Assembly: GCA_002633005.1 (NCBI GenBank)
Contig: NMRA01000088.1
Span: 870,864 to 934,863, forward strand
DNA: 64,000 nt
Direction of reading: 5' to 3'
Source: Phoronis australis
Taxonomy: Eukaryota; Animalia; Phoronida
The position numbers were made by a program, and so were the translations under genes. The notes below the pieces were generated by a model. It was not told the origin of the DNA. It did no database searches and was given only the letters and a program-made list of their open reading frames with translations. Of this stretch, positions 1 to 10,200 are shown piece after piece. The first letter of the stretch is position 1, and each line of letters starts with the position of its first letter.

Positions 1-1189
1 GCCATCTTGTTTCGCGTGCAGCGCAACCACGCGGGACTTAGCGTTCCAATTTGGAGTGCTCGTCTGCACGTTAGGTACTAACTTATCGGAAGAGACACGT
101 ATCAAAGTAATGAGACAAAAATCGGTGAGTTTACCGATTGTTTTTTAAAACCACTTAAAAATCAGTAGATTTTACTAATACACTTTTTTGTGCGTTTTCA
201 GAAGATGTTTTCGAATTTAAATTTTCTTCCGACGGGACACAAAACATGATCCAGGGTTTGTTTATGCAATGTATCTGTTTGTCCCAGGCACTAGTAGGAT
301 CTAGAAGGCCAAAGGAAAAATCCGCAGACAAATGCGATACGCTGGGTTCTTAACATTTTTGCCTCACGCATTCACCATTAAACTGCATTGAAATGTTGTC
401 CAATTGGCTTTTATTGGAAACCACAGTGCAGAGCTCAACATCAAAGCTTCAAATCGAGTTTATGTCAATAAAAACAGGCTGTTGCAATTTTCATTACTTC
501 GTTGGCCTTTTTCTGCATGTTTCTCAGTTTTTACAAAAGGGGGCAGCATATGACGAACTTAGGTGTCACAATAAAATGGCTGCCGAAGGCAGTGCACATT
601 TGAAATAACTCGGCACAAATTAAAGAAAACTTCCGAATCGATGAATGCGGTATATCTGTGAGAGTTAAATCGAATCCTATTCAGATCATAACTTTGAAGT
701 GGAATAATTCGGTGAGTACAACAGCAAGTCGGTTTTATGCTTAGGCGGACGAACATTGGGCTCCCCAGTATATGTATAATTTCTGTTTGCGGAGAGAGTT
801 AAAATGATAAAAAGTCGTTGAAAAGTATACCAGTATACCTGAGGTTGTGACACTTCATTTTCTAGACTGCTACGTGACATCCCAAAAATGAGATTGCTAA
901 AAAGACCAGAAAAGCACGAAACCACACCGGTGACGAACCAGTCGTCAAAGACGCATCCAAACCGGATGTTGATTTCTGCTGGCGAATGAGGTTGAAAACA
1001 AGCTTTCGATTATCGTTCGTTCCATTTTCAGCTATTTTACATAGTTTTGTTACTTTTTAATCAGTGTCAAAAGCGGCATGCGAGTTTCCTTGTTCTGTTG
1101 ATAAAGACAAAGACGCTTAAGTGACGAAGAAGCGTTAATATATCCGCATCCATACCTAGCGACGCCGGTGGTCAAAACGCTGTACTAAA
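1..1189. promoter_or_regulatory. CpG-enriched ALG6 promoter/5'UTR region, possibly bidirectional
   Basis: Visibly more CpG than the flanking introns; YY1-like motifs (GCCATCTT at 1-8, AAAATGGCTGCC at 573-584); directly upstream of the ALG6 ATG. Confidence 0.5.
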
Positions 1190-1271
1190 ATGGAGGGCAC
1201 GTTGCAAGTTAGCCTTGTGTTTCTTGGAGCAGTTCTTGTCCGTTGGTGTGTTTCGCTGGGACCTTATTCTG
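1190..1271 (+). CDS. ALG6: ALG6 coding exon 1 ([27 protein letters not shown])
   Basis: aaaATGG start, hydrophobic TM1 followed by RW..SL.PYSG motif, donor gtaatg; 82 nt. Confidence 0.9.
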
Positions 1272-4200
1272 GTAATGCAAGTAGATGTCTTCTCTGTCCC
1301 GCTAGGGTTAAGTGGTCTGTCCTAATGACAACCCTCTTTTAATCATCTAGTAGCGGCTGTGTCGGCCGCTGTTCCAGTCGCAGACGACGACGTTTTTACT
1401 TTTGATTGGTGCTGGGCATTGAGTACATGATCGGTAATGAAAAATGTTATTTCGTTTGTGTATTTAACCATGGAATAACTGTTGCATATCTTACTCCCTG
1501 CCTTTTACCCTCATGATTCTTCCCAGGTATTACATATAATTACTTAAACTTCCACCTTTTGTCAGGTAAGGGCAAGCCTCCTATGTATGGCGACTATGAG
1601 GCACAAAGACACTGGATGGAGGTGACACAGAACCTGGAGATTAGAGACTGGTACAGGAACACCTCTGACAACGATCTCTTATACTGGGGACTGGACTACC
1701 CACCACTTCAAGCATATCACAGCTGGATTTGTGGCTTTGTGTAGGATGACTTCTCTTGCATTCAGTTTTTGAAACCACATGCAGTACTGTCCTGAAAAAA
1801 AATTGTTTGGGTTCGTGTATTAGGGTGGAGGCACACTTTTTAGAGGTTCCAATAGCAATTTTGCCTCCAGCATCCTCCTAGTACACTACAGAGTCCTTGA
1901 TGCCTTGATTTTGGGGCCAAGTATTGGCCTCCTTACCCTATTGAAAATGTTTAGAAATTACACAAAATTTCCCTCATCATGCTCCAAACTTCCCCTCCAA
2001 TGGTGAAAAATTCTCTTCAAGATTAGAAACACTTCTGCAAAATGCTGGTTTTGGCCAACTGTGGCGTATTGCTGATGAGGAGTAGCGACTGTTTGTGATC
2101 CTTGATGTTGAGATAACATAACTGGCATGCAATGGAGCTTCAAGCACCATGCGTTAGGTCAATTCAAAGTTCTTCAAACTGGAATTTATCAAGTTAAGAT
2201 TGGTGAATCCTCCCATTGAACAAACAGTGACTGAATCCTACCATTGAACAAACAGTGACTGAATCCTCCTATTGAACAATCAGTGACTGAATCCTCCCAT
2301 TGAACAAACAGTGACTTACATTCAGATCACATTTCTTAATGTGGAATTAGGGACGATAACTTCAAAATTTATTTAAAAAGGCAAGATGAAGGGTTAACAC
2401 CGAAACATGAACCAAAACAATTGTGTGGGGCTTTAAAGGCGCAATATGTTGAGAAACATGATTTTTGGCCTCATTTGATTTTGATATTTTGTGTTACCTT
2501 TGCAAAGAAAGACTATGTCTAAAGTGAACTGCAGCCTTTTCTGAGAGTTTTGATTGCACAAAATTAGGTAGACTGAAGAAGTTCATGATGGCGTTGCATA
2601 GAGACTCAAATTCAACTCATTTTCAAAAAACAGTCCGCTTTAGCACACCCAATCCAATAAATGACAGAAATTGTGGAGACCGCATGGTTTAACCAATGAG
2701 ACATATCATAAGTACCAATGTATTATGAAATTTTCGTAATGACCTTCTCCTTTCATGGTTGCTCAGTTGAAGTTGGTCTGTGAATGACCTTGACCTATAA
2801 ATGGAAAACATGCTTATGTGGCATTGTGGGTTGTCTGCTTTAAGAAATTGTTAAAATTATGAGCTCATAATCTCAGAGACTACCTTATATTTAGAACAAG
2901 AGGAAGTTAAAGCAATTCACCATGTTTCGTGATGCTGACTTCACCTCTGGCAACCAGGGTGCTTACAACATCTGCATGGATCAGATATCATTAAGATTTT
3001 GCTGAATGAACTGCGCCATAGTTTTTTTGTGTATCACGCCATCTTTTGATTGAAATTTAATCTAAACTCTTTCAGAAAATATTGGAGATTGTACGAGCTT
3101 TCGTTTGCAAAGTATCAGATCTATCTAAAACACGAAGGTTACGGATATATGCAAAACGTTATTTCAAAGTTCAAAATACTTTTCTTGTGATGCAATGTTA
3201 AAAAGTAAGTGTTGTTGTCTCCTGTTTTGCAGAGCCAATGCCCTAAATCCTCAGTGGGTTGCCTTGACTACTTCAAGGGGTCATGAGTCATACGAGCATC
3301 AGATATTCATGAGGGCAACAGGTTGGTTTGCAATGTTCATTGAAACTTAGCTGTCACTCAAAATGGATGCATTCTTTTTTACTGTTTCAGACATCTTAAA
3401 TTAAAAGAGTATGTTTAGAAAGTTGTTTGTTGCCTAGCCAAGACTTTTTTTCTGACTGAATCGCCATACCTGGTCAGTGTCCTATTCTGGTGATGAGCTG
3501 AACTCCTACCAGAGTGTAGATTGCTTACATGGCCCTATTGTCCTCATTTTGTGGAAAACTGGATTTAGGTAGAGGTTTAGAAGTCGCTGAAAACCAGTGG
3601 ACTAACCCGGTGGCTATCATTCTAGGCGTACGTAATAGATTTGTACTCAAGAGGAATGACAATAATGGGTCAGTGATGTCAAAATTTTGCGAAATAAAGT
3701 ACGCAAAACAGAAAGTGCGACACGTTACTCAGGCCTTCTACAGGCCAGTTGCAACAGAAACTGTGCTTTAATTTCATTGTTCATACTCAGCAATTCTCCC
3801 AGCCTGCCTGAGGAATTTTGCTAGCATTTTAATGTTTTTCTTAGCCGTAGTGACAGTTATTACTGAAACTGCTTTACTTCCAAAGTATTCTTTTCTAATG
3901 CTTTGGTAAGTGAAATACCAACGGACATGATGTTCTGGTGTTTTATCTTCAATCCAGCATTTTGGACAGCAGGAATCTGCTTGTCCTGTTACTCAGAGTA
4001 GGTATACTTAGGTTCTTGTATAACATGTAATTGGCGAACTTCTCTTGGGGGAAATCTTGGCTATGACTGCTAGATGTGTACAGTGCTGCTCTCATTCGCC
4101 TTTTTTCCTTCCAGTTCTGGTCACGGATGTTTTCTTTTACTTCTCCGGCGTGTTAGTCTTCTACATGTGGTCCAAGTCGTCCTTTTTCAAATCAAGGGAG

Positions 4201-7200
4201 GACAGGGTAAGTATTATTACCTAATGAGGCACCCACTGACCTATTCAATAAATTGTTAGCAGTTTTGCTTCAATACTCTTAAATAACCATCTAGTTGTTT
4301 TCAGAGCAGCATGTTTTACAATTTGTTTAGTAATTTTAGTTGATATTTGAGAATCAAGTTAAAGTTATACACTGGTAGAAGCATCTTGCAAAACACATGG
4401 CACTTGAAAATGTTAGTTCTTTATTCAAACATTTGTTGTTCTTTGTTCGGTTTCCTTCAGATCTCTGCGGCTGTTGTGATGTTGGCCTACCCTGGTTTGA
4501 TGCTGATTGATTACGGACATTTTCAGTATCCTTTGTTTAATTTCAGTCAACACTCCCATGAATTCAGTGTGTCCACTGTATGAATCTGTGTTTGGTCACT
4601 TGGTCTGCCCTTCTCAAGCCAACTGTACTGTTGATTTAGTTGCACTGAACTTTGGTTAGAACGAGCATTTTGGAAATGCCTGTGGGTCACATTTGTTGTA
4701 ATGCTGCTTGTCTGTCCTTAGAATCACCTCTGCTAAACTTGTGATGGATTAAAATGACTGTTTTTTACTAAACTGACATTAACGAAAGACAGACTTAACC
4801 TAAAAGTAAACTGATATGTACACACGAGCTTGCTCACAAATTTAATTGGATTTTGTTACTAAGCACTGTTGTAAGTGTTAGTGATGTAAACATTACTCAC
4901 AGCACATCACTTTCGTAAATTAATTGCTTTTCGTAAAAGTAGCGGAAGATAATTGATAAAATATACTAATGGATTACTGAAACACTTTGATTAATGACAT
5001 GATTTATAGACCTTTACTCTCTTTGTTTTAGTCCACATTCCTTAACCATCTGTTATGTATAACAATTTCTCACTTGGCTTCATCATATGGGCCATATTCC
5101 TGATCTCCAACGGAAACTACCTCCTCGGCTCTGTCAGTTTCGTCATCTCGCTCAACTTCAAACAGATTGGCCTCTACCACGCGTTTCCCATTTTCTGCCA
5201 CCTGCTGGGAGTCTGTGTTTGGCGAAAGGAAGAGAACAGGTAAAGGAGGGGCTTGTCACAATTGATTGACAGGTTTAGTCTGTCTCCCATCTTTTATTGG
5301 ATAGCAACTGCCAATGAATTGACTGTCAAGGGATTTTGGTTAACAGTGTGGTCTGCATAAAGCTAGCTACAAGTGAAGTTATGTGTAGCAAATGCCAGTC
5401 CTAATTTTATATGCTGTTGCTGCCTGGCTTGGCTTAGAGCTGTCCCAATCGCAGCTCTCCAACTGGACCAAGCTTCATGTGATCAGGCGACTTGCCACGT
5501 GACGGATTATACTTTGAAAATAGCCATATTGAGAGTGTGTACAAGTGCATGTCCTGTGAGACATGAGAAACTGAATGCTAACCTCCAGCACACGGCTGCG
5601 CGTAGCAAAAAGTGATTCATTACACGATACTGGAAATTGGCAGCAGAGGGATCGGTGTAACAATAACTTGGGCTCATGGTGCGACAACTGCTGCGTGCCC
5701 AGCTTGCGTGACTGGCATTTTTCTTGCTCTTCCCTGTCCTGTCTGTACTACATGGTTCTGTTTGAGATTTGGATCTTGTTCTGCCAATTGAATCCTAGTA
5801 ATTTCTTAAAATTAAAAGGTTGCAAATCAATTAAAGAAAGAAAGAAATTAAGCAGTGTTATGAAGAAAAATTTAAAATGTGAATGCACAACATGTGGTGA
5901 GCGCATGACGAAGAAAAATAATGCAGAAAAAGAGCTCAGTTCTCCCCAGGGGGTGAAATAACTTCTAATGTGAGTAAGTTGAGGTCAATTTTATCACCCT
6001 AATTAAAGAGATGCAAATGAGAAGTTATTGTAGGACTGATGGATGGTCTATAGAACTTCAAGTTGAGGAACAGATTCGCATTTAAAAAAGAGTGGTGGAT
6101 AAATGTTGGTTCTGTGTCCTGTACTTTTTATAGTTTCACGTGAATGACAATGTATTCTTCTGTTCAGTGTGTAATTACTGCTGATTTTTTTCTTTTCAGA
6201 TTGTTTAGGTTCATCAAAATAGGCACCATCGTTCTATTTACCTTTGCCATGTGTTGGATGCCATTTCTGTCAGATGTAGACTCAGCGTTGCAGGTCCTTC
6301 GCAGGATATTCCCGTTTAATCGTGGGATATTTGAGGTAAGTTTAACACCCCGGTATTGTGACTGACTTGTTTTAATCTTTAGCTTGTAGTTGGTGTGTAA
6401 ACGATTTCGCTGTCGGTTGTCAAAATGCTACAAAATTTCTAGACGGAAAACCCTTTTATAATGTGTCCCTCTGCAAATGGTTGTGAAAATTATTATATTG
6501 TTCATTATTTTTGCTAGATATCTGACTGTTTATTTCATCTTAAGAAATTGAACAAAAAGTGATACAGTTACTGCTCGCAAAAATTATATGCATTGTTTCT
6601 CATTTCTAGTGCGCAAGCCACATTTATAGTTACTGTGTGGTTTGGCAGTGACATTTGAAATGTTAGTCAATCTAATAACTTGCGAGGTCAAGAATCTATG
6701 TTTAATTGATGTATAGCTGAAGCCCTATACAGCCCCATTGTTTTCATTCGTGTTCTGGTTTCTTAATACAGCATATTATAAGTGTTTCTCATTAAACATA
6801 ATATAAGCATGGACGAAATGGACTTCATTGATTGGCTCAATGTCATGGACTGAATGGACTTCATTGATTGGCTCAATGTCATGGACTGAATGGACTTCAT
6901 TGATTGGCTCAATGTCAAGATTCACAGTGCTAAATAAGTTTACTACAGTTTGAAATTTGCAATATTGACTTGACCTAATTAGCACTACGTGGGTATTTAA
7001 CAGTGGAACTCACGGTTAGCACTGTAGCTGTTGAATCCTTCTTGTTGTGGTTCAACGTTCTTGTAATGTTGGCGGCATGAATAAAAATTACACGTCATAT
7101 TCTAGGACAAAGTTGCCAACATTTGGTGCTCCTTGTCTGTTCTCGTTAAGTACAGAAATTACGTGTCTTCAGAAAGTCAAGTTCTGGTGTGGTGAGTTAC

Positions 7201-10200
7201 TTGGTTAGTTTTACTGTCTTTTTCCGCATCAAGATGAGTTTTCATAGATTGAAGTGTTTGAGTTACTGTGTATTAGTTCAGTCCAGGGGTCGACAAATTG
7301 CATGCTACATCAAGCCCGTCTAACAATTTTGTGCAACTCACAGTCAAATGCTGGCAAGCAGAGTATTTTTCTGATATACTAAAAGTTTTTTGTAATTTTG
7401 TGAGAAATTCACATTAATCAGATCAGGAGTTTACTAAGGGCTGTTCCAGCAAAATCTGTATGGGAGGGGGGGAAGGCACTTTTATTTCATACCCACCGCC
7501 CATATTTTTCATTTATTTCTCCAACCCATGACCCATAATTTTTTAATTATTTTTAATAGGTTAAAATATAAAATCCAACACTTGCAAACAAATTGCCTCT
7601 AGGAGGACCTGTTAAGAACTTAGATGATTGACAGACAAGAACTAGTTGTCTTGTACAATATTGTCAAAAACTAAAGTAGCCTGTGAGCAATACTTTTGGC
7701 AGCCACCAGGTGTCTCTGTTCACCATGTATCTATAATTTCAATGAACATTTTTTCAATTATAAGGATCTATGAATCTAAAAATGTCTCCACGAACTCTTT
7801 TATATTTCTATGTCAAATGAAAATTGGAACTTGTTTATCTTACTCCTCATACTTTTTATTTAAAAATCATCAATTTTCTTATGCGTGTTAACACCAGTTT
7901 AGTGTTGCATAACTTTTCAATTCAATAGGACTGCAGACACAGTTGGCTCAAATCAAGTTGCCCATGACTTGATTAATGGTTTAGTGCACATATTGCACTC
8001 TGTTCACTGGCAAGATGGGCTTTTTGTATTGAGATAAGTTAGGATATATGCCAATTGCATTTTTTGAGTTTTGACGCTGAAGTAACCAACCTGTCAACAT
8101 TAACAGGTCAAAAAATACCACCCATTTTTAATGCATCACTTCTTACAGGAACGACCACCCATAATTTGAGTTTTTTTCTGAAGACCACCACCCATGACTT
8201 TTTATTTCTACTGCTGTCCCCCCCTCCCACACGGATTTTACTGGAACAGCCCTAAATATACTTCTTGGTCTATCATAAAAGCTTTTATGCTGATGGGAAT
8301 TTTTTTATGGAATGTTTATTGGCTTTAGTGGACCTCTTTTGTCTAAAAAGTGTCATTTGCAAAGTTAACATAAGCTTGCTGGTAAATTGAAAAAAATCAG
8401 AAGTTTTCCTTGACATTTGATTAACTGAATAGATGAGCACTGTAAACTTAAGATTATCCGTTGAAGAAATAGTCATGGTACACAAAAAACATTTCCAACA
8501 CCTGGTTTTATTTATTCACAGACTGCAGCTGAAGCGAAACATATTGAATTTTCTAATTTTCCATAGTATGTAGGTGTTGTTGTGTAGGCTACATATGTTG
8601 TGAATTGTTTCAGCTTGCTCACCACTGCTGCTGGAATCCTCCCCTCATGTATTGATCTCTTCAGGAATCCCACGACACACAAGTTGAAATGTGCTGTAGT
8701 GAGTACTCTCACTACCTATTTTGTATTACACCATGACGGCTGGGTGCTAGCGGAATGTATCGACTCGGTAGCTGTCCGTCATGATGGGGGAATAACTGTG
8801 AATTTATGGTGAAATTAACATGGTGGAAATATTATTTTGTAAATAGGATTGCCAGTCATTTTTGCTTTAGAATTATCTGTCATGATCGGGAAATGATACT
8901 TTGTCAGATTAGTTATAGCGTGTACTATTTGAATTGAAAGGGTATACTCTTGGTTGCCAAGAGGGCATCACCCCCTCTCACTCACCCCAGCTGACTGAAG
9001 AGGGAACTATGTAACATTAGTAGTCTGGCCCCAGTTTCATCACTCCTCTTGTTGGGAGGTAGATGAACACATCGTACGATTAATGACCTAATTTTCGAAC
9101 GGTCAAGTTGCTAGACATCTCTGAGCTGAGATGAACATGAGGAGAACAGTGTATCGTGTCACACCCAACTTTTCATGACAACTTCCTGCACAGTGAAACT
9201 TTCTGGTAATAAGGTGATGAGTGATGAGCGTGGTTATTGTGTACTTATTGTATTGTTTAAGTATCCTGCATTATAACACATTCGGTTTAATTCATTGTGT
9301 TAAGTTTTCATCGCCTCATGTCTTAGTACATGATAAGTAGAGTGTACAATGTGTTGTTTAGAAATTGGTTTTTAAAGTGTAAAGCTGCATTTTCTTATTG
9401 TTTAGCTGCCAAAAAGAAAAATGAGTAACGTCACTTGTCTTAAAATCAGTTTCTTGATATTCCTATTTGATCTCCGTTGCCAAATAGAACGTTGAAGCTT
9501 TCAGCGACTGAAGAAAATGCTTCAAAGTTTATTGGGGTTGACCAACTCTAAAATGGCAAATTCAAAAATATCTCACGTCCGCATTGCCTGTAACTTGAGT
9601 TGCTGGATCATTTGGCAACAATTCAAGATCGTATCAGCGCGGTAATGTTTTTAGAAGCCCAGAAGTGCCTCAGTTAAGAATTCACTACATTCCTCATGTT
9701 CTGCACTACATTCCTCATGTTCTGCACTGCATTCCTCATGTTCTGCACAACATTCCACTTGAGGAGAGGCACTAGCTTGTCATTGCACTATTTCAGGTCA
9801 ACTCCTCTCTCGTTTTTTTCCTCTGCTCCTACCACGTCCATGAGAAGTCCATCCTGTATGCGGCAATGTACGTATTAAACCATCTTCAACCAAAAATCTT
9901 TTTTCTCTGTAGTGTATTCTGTCTGATTCGTGCCTTTAAGCTTATGCAGGACCTTATCCACAAGCCTGTATATTTAGTCATATCTATGAAGCTATAGCAT
10001 TTGACCTGGCGTGTAAAAGTGCAATTTTCTGAAAGTAGAAAGCCTGTAGAACATTGTTTTCTCAAGTCGTCACTTTCTTGCACATGATGTTGTGGTAAGG
10101 CAACAGCCAAAATTGTCATTTTTGTATTGTTGATGGCAAAATAATCAAATTTTTACCAGTGAAAATGTTGTTTTGTGACAACCGTGTGGTATAAACCACT

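Noticed and set aside
2204-2316. 28-bp repeats resembling CRISPR direct repeats
   Set aside because: Units are directly adjacent with no unique spacers, the context is a eukaryotic intron, and there are no cas genes.
2433-2824. TTAAAGG...CTTTAA Kolobok-like element
   Set aside because: Terminal inverted similarity too short and degenerate to call.
3487-3597. C/D-box snoRNA-like pattern (GTGATGA...CTGA with CTGG/CCAG ends)
   Set aside because: No recognisable rRNA/snRNA antisense element, and such short boxes occur by chance.
5030-5031. Canonical AG as the acceptor for ALG6 exon 6
   Set aside because: Lies upstream of the U12 branch site, adds 25 nt, frameshifts and hits TAA.
5373-5961. Cluster of 70-128 aa ORFs in ALG6 intron 6
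   Set aside because: No recognisable domain or coding bias; likely decayed repeat sequence.
6776-6985. ORF with repeated [12 protein letters not shown] peptide
   Set aside because: Artefact of a 36-bp intronic minisatellite, antisense to ALG6, with no splice or homology support.
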